The notes under the pieces are model-generated. The model was not told the origin of the DNA and did no database searches. It saw only the letters and a program-made list of their open reading frames with translations. Shown here one piece after another: positions 55,201 to 64,000 of a stretch of 64,000 nt of DNA; positions within the stretch are counted from its first letter, which is position 1, and every line of letters starts with the position of its first letter. Both the position numbers and the translations under genes were made by a program. The DNA comes from an uncultured Acidobacteriota bacterium (lineage in GTDB: Bacteria > Acidobacteriota > Vicinamibacteria > Fen-336): NCBI GenBank assembly GCA_963720545.1, contig OY970399.1:192001-256000 (forward strand). Direction: 5' to 3'.

Positions 55201-58200
55201 ATGGCGACCTCCACCGATTTCGTCCACCTCCACCTGCACAGCGAATACAGCCTGCTCGACGGGGCGTGTCATATCGACGAGCTGGCGAGCGAGGCGGCGC
55301 GCATGGGTATGCGCGCCATGGCGCTCACCGATCACGGCAACATGTTCGGGGCGGTGGCGTTTCACGATGCCTGCCGCGATGCCGGCATCAAGCCAATCCT
55401 CGGCTGCGAGATCTACGTTGCGACCGGCAGCCGGCATGAGCGCAATGCCTCCTCCATCTCCGACGTGTACAACCACCTCACGTTGCTGGCCGCCAGCGAG
55501 GAGGGCTATCACAACCTCGTGAAGCTCGTTTCGATCGGCTACCTCGAGGGCTTCTATCACCGGCCGCGCATAGACAAGGAAGTTCTGGCGAAACACGGCG
55601 CCGGGCTCATCGGGCTCTCCGGCTGTCTCAGCAGCGAGATCTCGAGCCACCTGCTGGCGGGCAACGAGCAGGCGGCCTTGAGGGCGGCGGGGGAGTTCTC
55701 CGACATCTTCGGCAAGGACCGCTTCTACCTCGAGGTGATGGATCACGGCATCGAGGCGCAGCGGCGCGTCAACGGCGCGCTCTATCGCATGGCGCTGCGC
55801 GAGAGCCTGCCCCTGGTGGCGACCAACGACGCGCATTACCTGAAGCGCGACGACCACCACGCCCACGACGTGCTGCTTTGCATCGGTTCCGGCAAGAAGG
55901 TGAGCGATGCCGAGCGGCTGCGCTTCGACGGCAACGAGTTCTACCTGAAGACTCCGGCGGAGATGGCTGCGCTCTTTCCCGAACACCCGGAAGCGCTTGC
56001 CAACACCGTGCGCATCGCCGAGATGGTCGACTTCACGCTCAAGGCCACGGGCTCGCTGCCCGCGTTCACGGTGCCCGAGGCGTTCTCGACCGACTCCTAC
56101 TTCGAACAGGTGGCGCGGGACGGCTTCTCGGGGCGGCTCAAGGTGCTCGAGCCTCTGGCCGCGGCGGGGCGGCTGCGCTATCCGATTTCGGTCTACGAAG
56201 AGAGGCTCACCAAGGAGATCGGCGTCATCCAGCGCGTCGGCTTCTCGGGTTATTTCCTCATCGTCTGGGATTTCATCCGCTACGCGCGCGAGAACCTCAT
56301 CCCGGTGGGGCCGGGCCGCGGCTCGGCCGCCGGCAGCCTGGTCGCGTACGCGCTCAAGATCACCGATATCGACCCCATCGAGTACGACCTCATCTTCGAG
56401 CGCTTCCTCAACGAGGAACGCATCAGCCCGCCCGACATCGACATCGACTTCTGCGAAGCGCGCCGCTCCGAGGTCATCGACTACGTCACGCGCAAGTACG
56501 GCCGCGAAAACGTCGCCCAGATCATCACCTTCGGCACCATGAAGGCGCGCGCTGTGGTACGCGACGTCGGCCGCGTCATGGACCTGCCGTACGCCGAGGT
56601 GGACCGCATCGCCAAGATGATCCCGCCCGACCTCAAGATGACGCTCGCCAAGGCGCTCGACGAATCGCAGATGCTGAAGGAGGCCTACCAGGCGGACGCG
56701 CAGGTGCGCGAGCTCATCGACGTGTCGCGGCGCCTCGAGGGCACCACCCGACACGCCTCGACGCACGCGGCGGGCGTCGTCATCGCACCGCGGCCGCTGC
56801 AGGAGATGGTGCCGCTCGCGCAGTTCAAGGGCACCCAGGGCGAGGTCACGACCCAGTACGACATGAAGGGCGTCGAGCGCATCGGCCTGCTGAAGATGGA
56901 CTTCCTCGGCCTGCGCACGCTCACGCTCATCGACAACTGCGTGAAGATGATCGCGGCGCGCACCGGCCAGGTCATCGACCCCGGCACCATCCCGCTCGAC
57001 GACGCGCGCACCTTCGAGATGTTCACGCAGGGCCGCACCAGCGGACTGTTCCAGTTCGAGTCGGATGGCATGCGCGACATCCTGCGCCGCTTCCGTCCGG
57101 CCGAGCTCGAGCACCTCACGGCGCTGAATGCCCTCTATCGCCCCGGCCCGATGCAGATGATCGACGACTTCATCAAGCGCCGCCACGGCCAGACGAAGGT
57201 GGTGTTCGAGCACCCGCTGCTGGAGCCGATCCTCAAGGGGACCTACGGCGTCATGGTGTACCAGGAGCAGGTCATGCAAATCGCCTCGGCGCTCGCCGGC
57301 TTCACGCTCGGCGAGGCCGACATCCTGCGCAAGGCGATGGGCAAGAAGAACGCCCAGGTGATGGGCAAGCAGATGGACAAGTTCCTCTCCGGCTGCGCGT
57401 CGCGCGGGGTCAACGAGAAGAAGGCGCGCAGGATCTGGGACCAGATGGAGCAGTTCGCGGGCTACGGCTTCAACAAATCGCACTCGGCGGCCTATGCGTG
57501 GCTCGCGTACCAGACGGCCTACTTCAAGAGCAACCATCCGGCGTGCTTCATGGCGGCACTGCTCACCTCCGAGCGCGCCAACACCGACCGCATGGTGCTC
57601 TACATCGGCGAGTGCCGCGAGATGAAGCTCGACGTGCTGCCGCCGGACGTCAACGAGTCCGACCTGTTCTTCAGCGTGGTGGGCGGGGACACGGGCCAGA
57701 TCCGCTTCGGCATGTCGGCGATCAAGAACGTCGGCGAGGGAGCTGTGGAGGCGGTGCTGCGGGCGCGCGCCGCTGGCCCCTTCACCTCGCTCACCGACTT
57801 GTGCGAGCGCATCGACCTGCGCGCCGTCAACCGGCGCGTCATCGAGAGCTTCATCAAGAGCGGCTGCCTCGACTCGCTCGACAAGCGCCGGGCAAGCTTG
57901 TACGCCGCGATCGACCGGGCGCTCGAAGCGGGGCAGCGCCGCCAGCGCGACCACGAGCAGGGCCAGCACAGCCTGTTCGGCATGCTCGCGGAAGATCACG
58001 CCGAAAAGGGCGCGCCCGCCGAGCGGCTGCCGATCGTTCCCGACTGGGGCGAGGGCGACCGGCTCGCTTTCGAGAAGGAATCGCTCGGCTTCTTCATCAC
58101 CGGCCATCCGCTGATGCGCCACCGCGATGAGCTGAGCCGCTGGGCCAACGCCACCTGCGCGCGGCTCGCGGCGCTCACCGAACCGGCGGAAGTGACGATC

Positions 58201-58695
58201 GGCGGGCTCATCACCTCGCTGCGCCTCATCAAGACGCGGCGCGGCGACCGCATGGCCACGTTCGTCCTCGAAGACCTGGACGGCAGCGTCGAGGTGCTGA
58301 TCTTTCCCGAGACCTACAAGAAGGTGGGCGCGCGCCTCGCCGAGGACGAGATCGTCATGGTGAAGGGCAAGGCGGAGCCGGTGGACGACGGCAAGACCCG
58401 CCTCCTGTGCTCAGAGCTGCAGCTGCTCGAGGACGCCAAGCGCACCGATGCGCGCCACGTGCGTGTCGAGGTGCGCGCCTGGGACAAGGACAAGGCGCAA
58501 AGGCTGCGCGATATACTGGAATCGCACCGCGGCGACTGCCCCGTGACGCTGGGACTGCGGGCGGGAGGCTACGACGTGGTGGTGCACACCATGCCCGGCT
58601 TGAGCGTGCGCCCGGATCGGGCCTTCAGCGAGGAAATCGGCGCGCTGTTCGGTCCCGAGGCCCTGGTCCTCGCGCGGACCACGGAGATTTCTTGA
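55201..58695 (+). CDS. dnaE: DNA polymerase III alpha subunit
   Basis: PHP HLHLHSEYSLLDG, GPGRGSAAGS, PDIDIDF, KMDFLGL, YGFNKSHS, OB-fold tail. Confidence 0.98.
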   Translation: MATSTDFVHLHLHSEYSLLDGACHIDELASEAARMGMRAMALTDHGNMFGAVAFHDACRDAGIKPILGCEIYVATGSRHERNASSISDVYNHLTLLAASEEGYHNLVKLVSIGYLEGFYHRPRIDKEVLAKHGAGLIGLSGCLSSEISSHLLAGNEQAALRAAGEFSDIFGKDRFYLEVMDHGIEAQRRVNGALYRMALRESLPLVATNDAHYLKRDDHHAHDVLLCIGSGKKVSDAERLRFDGNEFYLKTPAEMAALFPEHPEALANTVRIAEMVDFTLKATGSLPAFTVPEAFSTDSYFEQVARDGFSGRLKVLEPLAAAGRLRYPISVYEERLTKEIGVIQRVGFSGYFLIVWDFIRYARENLIPVGPGRGSAAGSLVAYALKITDIDPIEYDLIFERFLNEERISPPDIDIDFCEARRSEVIDYVTRKYGRENVAQIITFGTMKARAVVRDVGRVMDLPYAEVDRIAKMIPPDLKMTLAKALDESQMLKEAYQADAQVRELIDVSRRLEGTTRHASTHAAGVVIAPRPLQEMVPLAQFKGTQGEVTTQYDMKGVERIGLLKMDFLGLRTLTLIDNCVKMIAARTGQVIDPGTIPLDDARTFEMFTQGRTSGLFQFESDGMRDILRRFRPAELEHLTALNALYRPGPMQMIDDFIKRRHGQTKVVFEHPLLEPILKGTYGVMVYQEQVMQIASALAGFTLGEADILRKAMGKKNAQVMGKQMDKFLSGCASRGVNEKKARRIWDQMEQFAGYGFNKSHSAAYAWLAYQTAYFKSNHPACFMAALLTSERANTDRMVLYIGECREMKLDVLPPDVNESDLFFSVVGGDTGQIRFGMSAIKNVGEGAVEAVLRARAAGPFTSLTDLCERIDLRAVNRRVIESFIKSGCLDSLDKRRASLYAAIDRALEAGQRRQRDHEQGQHSLFGMLAEDHAEKGAPAERLPIVPDWGEGDRLAFEKESLGFFITGHPLMRHRDELSRWANATCARLAALTEPAEVTIGGLITSLRLIKTRRGDRMATFVLEDLDGSVEVLIFPETYKKVGARLAEDEIVMVKGKAEPVDDGKTRLLCSELQLLEDAKRTDARHVRVEVRAWDKDKAQRLRDILESHRGDCPVTLGLRAGGYDVVVHTMPGLSVRPDRAFSEEIGALFGPEALVLARTTEIS

Positions 58696-59657
58696 GCGAT
58701 TTCGAGGCGCCGCTTCACGAACTGCAGAAGAGGATCGCCGAGCTGGCGGCGTTTCCCGGCGACCCGGCCAGGGAAAAGGAGGCCGCGGCCCTGAGCGCCG
58801 AGCTCCTCGCCCTGCGGCGCGAGGTGTTCGCCGGCCTGACGCCGTGGCAGAAGACCCTCGTGGCCCGGAACCCCAACCGGCCCTACACGCTCGACTTCGT
58901 CCAGGCGCTGTTCACCGATTTCACCGAGCTGCACGGCGATCGCCGTTTCGGCGACGACGAGGCGCTCGTTTGCGGCTTCGCGCGCTTCGACGGGCGGCCG
59001 GTCGCGGTGCTCGGCCACCAGAAGGGGCGCGACACCAAGCAGAAGATCCGGCGCAACTTCGGCATGCCCAAGCCCGAGGGCTACCGCAAGGCGCTGCGGG
59101 TGATGCAGCTCGCCGCCAAGTTCAAGCGCCCGATCATCGCCTTCGTCGACACGCCGGGTGCCTATCCCGGCATCGACGCCGAAGAGCGCGGCCAGGCGGA
59201 GGCGATCGCCTACAACCTGCGCGAGATGGCGCGCCTGGCGGTGCCCATCATCGTCACCGTCACCGGCGAGGGCGGCAGCGGTGGCGCCCTCGCCATCGCC
59301 GTCGGCGACCGCGTCAACATGTTCGAGCACTCCGTCTACTCGGTGATTTCACCCGAAGGCTGCGCGTCCATCCTGTGGCGCGACGCGGGCCGCGCCGAGG
59401 AAGCGGCAACCGCGATGCGCATCACCGCCTCCGACCTGAAGGCTCTCGGGGTGGTGGACGAGATCGTGCCCGAGCCCGCCGGCGGCGCACATGTCGACCA
59501 CGACGAGATGTTCGACACGCTCGGCAAGCTGCTGCGCACGCAGCTCAAGGCGCTCACCACGGCTTCGCCAGCCGAGCTGCTCGACGATCGTTACGCGAAG
59601 TTCCGCGCCATGGGACGGCTCGGGCAGGAATTCGCGCGCCTGACGCCGCCCGCTTGA
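58692..59657 (+). CDS. accA: Acetyl-CoA carboxylase carboxyltransferase alpha subunit
   Basis: ELHGDR, GHQKG, FGMP.PEGYRKA, GEGGSGGALA, SVISPEG; TTGA overlap with dnaE. Confidence 0.95.
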   Translation: MSDFEAPLHELQKRIAELAAFPGDPAREKEAAALSAELLALRREVFAGLTPWQKTLVARNPNRPYTLDFVQALFTDFTELHGDRRFGDDEALVCGFARFDGRPVAVLGHQKGRDTKQKIRRNFGMPKPEGYRKALRVMQLAAKFKRPIIAFVDTPGAYPGIDAEERGQAEAIAYNLREMARLAVPIIVTVTGEGGSGGALAIAVGDRVNMFEHSVYSVISPEGCASILWRDAGRAEEAATAMRITASDLKALGVVDEIVPEPAGGAHVDHDEMFDTLGKLLRTQLKALTTASPAELLDDRYAKFRAMGRLGQEFARLTPPA

Positions 59658-59661
59658 CCGC

Positions 59662-61761
59662 ATGAAGCGGTCCACCCTCTGGGCCGTCCGGCTGCTGATG
59701 GTCGCGATCGTCGCCGCGGTGGCGGTGATGGTGCGGCACAGCTTCAAGGCCAGGAGCGTCGCCCAGCCGTCGCCGACTCCGCAGGCCGCGGCGAGCGCCG
59801 CCCCGACTCCGCCGCCCGGCGGCACCGGCATGTGGCTGAGCGGCTTCAACTACGAGCGGTTCGACGACAACGGCCGCGCCACCAAGATCCGCGCCGCCCT
59901 CTACCGCGACGGCGAGAAGGACGAGATCCTGTTGCGCCAGGTGGAGGTGGACTTCGCGTACGTGGCGCAGGGGAAGCCGGGCACCACCCACATCAACTCC
60001 GACGAAGCCGTGATGATCCCGAAGATCAACAAGGGCGACTTCAAGGGCCACGTGGTGCTGACCACGGAGGAACCGGTACCGACGCGCGACGGCGAGACGC
60101 AGAAGGGCTTCGAGGTGCGTACCGAACAGCTCATCTATCGCGGCGACAAGGGCGTGGCGCGCAGCGAAGCGCCGGTGACCTTTCGCCGCAAGGACGTCTC
60201 GGGCAGTTCGCGCGGCCTCGTCTACAACGCCGAGAAAGGCACCATCGAGTTTCCGGCGGACGCCTACATCCGCATCGACGACGAGAAGGTCGGGGCCACC
60301 GAGATCCGCAGCCAGAAAGCATTCGTGAACCGTGCCAACGGTGTGATGAAGTTCGAGGATTCGGTGCGCCTCGTGCACGGCGCCGAGACGCTCAACTGCA
60401 AGAACCTGCTGGTGGGCTACGCCGAGGACACTCTCGCCATCAACCGCCTGCAGGCGGTGGACAACGTGGTGATGAGGATCTCCGGCAACACGGTGCTGCC
60501 CGGCACCAGCACGCCGCTCATGGGCAAGGGTTCGCGCATCATCACCGCCGACCGGCTGTTTGCCCTGTTCCGGCCCGACCGCACCTTGCAGGAGGTCACG
60601 GCCCTCGACAACGCGAAGCTGACTCTGACGCCGCCGCCGGGCGATGCGGGCGACGCGATGGAGCTGGGCGGCGGCACGCTCGGGTTCACCTTCGATGCCA
60701 AGGGCCAGCTGACCGAGCTGCAGTCGACCAAGGGCGCGTCCTTCGCGAGCCGCAGCACCGCGAAACCGCCGACCGGCACGCCGTTGCGCATCGACAGCCA
60801 GCGGCTGACGGTGCGCGTCGATCCGCCCACCGGGCAGATGAAAATGATGCTGTTCGAGCGCGACGTGAAGCTGGCGCGCGGCACGCAGGCGGCCACCAGC
60901 GGCCGCGCCCGCTACGAACTCGCCGAGGGCACGCTGGAACTCCTCGACACGCCGAAGATGAGCGATTCCGGCGAGGGTTCGGAGCTGGCCGGCAACGCGC
61001 TGGTGCTCGAGACGCGCACCCAGAACCTCAAGGCGCGCAACAACGTGCGCCAGTCGACGTCGCCGAAGAAGGATGCCGGTGGACCGTTCGGCTCGGCCAC
61101 CGCCAGGACCGTGATCACCGCGTCGACATTCGAATACGACGGCGCGAAAAAGCTGGCGAACTATCGCGGCGGCGTCCTGCTCCGTTCGGGAAGCGACGAG
61201 ATTCGTGCGCGCGAGGTGTCGATCGAGGACCAGGGCGAGAACGCCCGTCTGCTGAAGGCCGCCGGCCAGGTTGCGGCGACCATGGGCACGAAGGGCGGCG
61301 GCCCGGGCGGCAAGGACTCGGAAGATTCGAGCGTTGCGAGCCGCTCCGAGACGCTCGACTACGACGAGGCGAAGCACAGCCTGGCCTACAGCGGCGACGT
61401 GACCTTGCTGATGGGGGAGCTGCGGACCCGATCCCCCAACGCCCATGTGGACCTCGACGAGGCCGGGACCTCGGTGCGCGAGCTGCGGGCCTGGGAACCG
61501 GTGGACGCCACCCAGGAAAAACGGCTCGTGAAGGGCCAGAAACTCGTGTACACGCCCGCACAGAAGAGCGTTACGGTTACTGGTAAGCTCGTTTCTTTCA
61601 AGGATTTAGAGCGAGAAATGCAGGGCAAGGTGCTGACTTTCTTCATGGGGGACGACAACCGCATCATCGTGGACGGGCGGGAACTTGGCCGCACCGAAAC
61701 GGTGATCCGCCCGAAGGAGTCTCCAAAGCCGTCCCCCTCACCCACTCCGGCCGCCCATTGA
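59662..61761 (+). CDS. Long LptC/LptA(OstA)-like LPS transport bridge protein
   Basis: N-terminal TM segment then repeated beta-jellyroll-like segments (F.G.V.L, Y.G.V.L); directly upstream of lptB. Confidence 0.72.
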   Translation: MKRSTLWAVRLLMVAIVAAVAVMVRHSFKARSVAQPSPTPQAAASAAPTPPPGGTGMWLSGFNYERFDDNGRATKIRAALYRDGEKDEILLRQVEVDFAYVAQGKPGTTHINSDEAVMIPKINKGDFKGHVVLTTEEPVPTRDGETQKGFEVRTEQLIYRGDKGVARSEAPVTFRRKDVSGSSRGLVYNAEKGTIEFPADAYIRIDDEKVGATEIRSQKAFVNRANGVMKFEDSVRLVHGAETLNCKNLLVGYAEDTLAINRLQAVDNVVMRISGNTVLPGTSTPLMGKGSRIITADRLFALFRPDRTLQEVTALDNAKLTLTPPPGDAGDAMELGGGTLGFTFDAKGQLTELQSTKGASFASRSTAKPPTGTPLRIDSQRLTVRVDPPTGQMKMMLFERDVKLARGTQAATSGRARYELAEGTLELLDTPKMSDSGEGSELAGNALVLETRTQNLKARNNVRQSTSPKKDAGGPFGSATARTVITASTFEYDGAKKLANYRGGVLLRSGSDEIRAREVSIEDQGENARLLKAAGQVAATMGTKGGGPGGKDSEDSSVASRSETLDYDEAKHSLAYSGDVTLLMGELRTRSPNAHVDLDEAGTSVRELRAWEPVDATQEKRLVKGQKLVYTPAQKSVTVTGKLVSFKDLEREMQGKVLTFFMGDDNRIIVDGRELGRTETVIRPKESPKPSPSPTPAAH

Positions 61762-62531
61762 GCGAAACAGCTCCGTCCCCGCCGGCGAGGCTGGCGCCCC
61801 CCGGGGTGAAGGTGCTGGAGGCGCGTCAGCTCACCAAGTCCTATGGCCGCCGGGTGGTGGTGCGCAGCGTCGACCTGCACGTGCGCACCGGCGAGGTGGT
61901 CGGCCTGCTCGGCCCCAATGGTGCTGGCAAGACCACGACCTTCTACATGTGCGTCGGGCTCACCCGGCCCGACAGCGGCCAGGTGTTCCTCGGCACGGAG
62001 GACATCACGGCGCTGCCGATGTACATGCGGGCGCGTTACGGCATCGGCTACCTGCCGCAGGAAGCGAGCATCTTCCGCGGCCTGACGACCGAACAGAACG
62101 TGCTTGCGGTGCTCGAGACCCGCGGCCTCGACCACGCCGCGCAGCGCCGCCGCTGCGGCCAGCTGCTCGAGGAACTGGGCATTGCCGCCCATGCCCGCCA
62201 GGCGTCCTACACGCTTTCGGGAGGCGAGCGCCGCCGCCTCGAGATCGCCCGCGCGCTGGCTGCCGACCCGTCCTTCATCCTGCTCGACGAGCCGTTCGCC
62301 GGCATCGACCCGCTGGCGCTCGAGGACCTGCAGGACATCATCGCGCACCTCAAGGACCGCGGCATCGGCGTGCTGATCACCGACCACAACGTCCGCGAGA
62401 CCCTCAAGATCACCGACCGCGCCTACATCCTGCGCGAAGGCGAACGCTTTCGCGCCGGCACCCCGAAGGAACTGGCGAGCGACGAGGAAGTGCGCCGCGT
62501 CTACCTCGGCGAAGGCTTCAAGCTCCACTAG
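61758..62531 (+). CDS. lptB: LPS export ABC transporter ATP-binding protein
   Basis: [55 protein letters not shown]. Confidence 0.95.
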   Translation: MSETAPSPPARLAPPGVKVLEARQLTKSYGRRVVVRSVDLHVRTGEVVGLLGPNGAGKTTTFYMCVGLTRPDSGQVFLGTEDITALPMYMRARYGIGYLPQEASIFRGLTTEQNVLAVLETRGLDHAAQRRRCGQLLEELGIAAHARQASYTLSGGERRRLEIARALAADPSFILLDEPFAGIDPLALEDLQDIIAHLKDRGIGVLITDHNVRETLKITDRAYILREGERFRAGTPKELASDEEVRRVYLGEGFKLH

Positions 62532-62546
62532 AATTTCACAGCAACC

Positions 62547-63971
62547 GTGGCGATGAACCAGAAACTCGGCCTGCAGGCGCGGATGTCGCAGCGCCTCGTC
62601 CTGACGCCGTCGCTGCAGCAGGCGATCAAGCTGCTGCCGCTGACGACGCTGGAGCTCGCCGACGTCCTCGAGCAGGAGGTGATGGAGAACCCGCTGCTCG
62701 AGGAGGCGCCGCCGGAGGCGCCCGGCCCCGACGAGGCGACCGCCGAGGACGCGCCCGCCGAGGAGCGCAAGGACTCGCTCGACGAGATCGACGTCGACAA
62801 GTTCTTCGAGGACTACATCGAGGACAGCTACGAGAGCCGGCCGATGCCGTCGTCCGACATCCCCGAGGCGCCGCCCATCGAGAACACGCTGGTCGAGTCG
62901 CCCGACCTCTACGACCACCTGTTGTGGCAGCTGCGCATGACCGCCGCCGACGAACTGATCCAGGAAATCGGCGTGTGCATCATCGAGAACCTCGACGAGG
63001 ACGGCCTGCTGCGCGCTACCGACGAGGAGATCGCGAACCTCGGCCCGTACCCGCCCGCGGACGTCGCGCGAGCGCTCGCCCTGGTGCAGTCGCTCGACCC
63101 GCCCGGCGTCGCCGCGCGCGACTTGCAGGAATGCCTGCGCCTGCAGCTGCGGCGCTCCGGGCTCGCGGACTCGATGACCGACGTGATCGTCCGCGACCAC
63201 ATGAAGCACCTGCAGAACCACCAGTACGGCGAGATCACGAGGGCGCTCGGCCTCGGCCCCGACGAGATCGCGGCGCACCTGGAGATCATCCGCCACCTCG
63301 ATCCCAAGCCCGGTGCGCGCTACAGCCCGACGCGCTCCAACTACGTGGTGCCCGACGTCTACGTGGTGAAGGAGGGCGACGACTACAAGGTGGCGCTCAA
63401 CGACGACAGCCTGCCACGCCTGCGCATCAGCCCCACCTACAAGCGCATGCTCGATAACAAGGAGCCGGGCTCGGAAGCGACCCGCGACTACGTCAAGGAC
63501 AAGCTGCGCAGCGCCTTGTGGCTGCTGAAGAGCGTCGACCAGCGGCAGCGCACCATCTTCCGCGTCTCCGAGTCGATCGTGCGCCACCAGCGCGCCTTCC
63601 TCGACCACGGCCTCGAGCAGCTGCGGCCGCTGGTGCTGCGCGACGTCGCCAACGACATCGGCATGCACGAGTCGACCGTGTCGCGGGTGGTGGCGAACAA
63701 GTACATGCACACGCCGCGCGGCGTCTACGAGCTGCGCTTCTTCTTCCACAGCGGCATCACCTCGACGGTGGGCGAGGCGGTCAGCTCGGTGACCATCAAG
63801 GACAAGATCCGCAGGATGATCGAGGCCGAGGACCAGGCGCGGCCGCTGTCCGACTCGCGCATCGCCGAACTGTTGTCGCGCGAGGGGCTGAAGCTGGCGC
63901 GGCGGACCGTGGCGAAGTACCGTGAAGAGATCCGGCTGCCGCCGTCGAACCTGCGGCGTTCGGTCGGCTGA
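62547..63971 (+). CDS. rpoN: RNA polymerase sigma-54 factor
   Basis: LTP.LQQAIKLL region I, HESTVSR, RpoN box ARRTVAKYRE; lptB-rpoN synteny. Confidence 0.97.
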   Translation: MAMNQKLGLQARMSQRLVLTPSLQQAIKLLPLTTLELADVLEQEVMENPLLEEAPPEAPGPDEATAEDAPAEERKDSLDEIDVDKFFEDYIEDSYESRPMPSSDIPEAPPIENTLVESPDLYDHLLWQLRMTAADELIQEIGVCIIENLDEDGLLRATDEEIANLGPYPPADVARALALVQSLDPPGVAARDLQECLRLQLRRSGLADSMTDVIVRDHMKHLQNHQYGEITRALGLGPDEIAAHLEIIRHLDPKPGARYSPTRSNYVVPDVYVVKEGDDYKVALNDDSLPRLRISPTYKRMLDNKEPGSEATRDYVKDKLRSALWLLKSVDQRQRTIFRVSESIVRHQRAFLDHGLEQLRPLVLRDVANDIGMHESTVSRVVANKYMHTPRGVYELRFFFHSGITSTVGEAVSSVTIKDKIRRMIEAEDQARPLSDSRIAELLSREGLKLARRTVAKYREEIRLPPSNLRRSVG

Positions 63972-64000
63972 GACTGGAGGGCGGGATGGCAGCGAAGACC

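Noticed and set aside
63986..64000. ATG after GGAGG downstream of rpoN, possibly hpf/raiA
   Set aside because: Only five codons are visible; identity cannot be supported.

Overview
A high-GC (roughly 70% by eye), gene-dense chromosomal segment from a diderm bacterium. Gene content and style suggest Acidobacteriota, but that is inference. Most of it is housekeeping: yraN 3' end, tRNA-Gly and tRNA-Cys, ctpA, gmd, ispG, trmJ-like, pilT, tsaC, hflX, crp-like, mutS, pfkA, tsaB, rimI, psd, pssA, ctaB/cyoE, guaA, dnaE, accA, lptC/A, lptB and rpoN. I found no integrase, transposase or CRISPR array. The main signal is regulatory. A ~12.7 kb block (26033-38744) is organised around two back-to-back pairs of sigma-54 (-24/-12) promoters. 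These point at a sigma-54 activator (entered through a 12-aa leader ORF coupled to its start), an lmo0937-like membrane peptide plus a ferritin-like protein, a 2805-aa cyclic beta-1,2-glucan synthase, and SOD plus an outer-membrane barrel plus a very basic DUF6496-like protein. This looks like a self-amplifying sigma-54 stress/osmoprotection regulon. A fifth sigma-54 site lies before another barrel gene at 4.6 kb, and rpoN itself is in the window. Other notable items: a transglutaminase + ABC exporter + ispG operon; a NitT/TauT-type ABC system with no binding protein and a split-off C-terminal domain; a giant NtrY-like kinase tied to oxidase-biogenesis genes; a CRP box before crp; an ECF42-type promoter before a DGPF gene; and a small cationic secreted peptide. 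Family assignments come from motif recognition only; no database searches were run.
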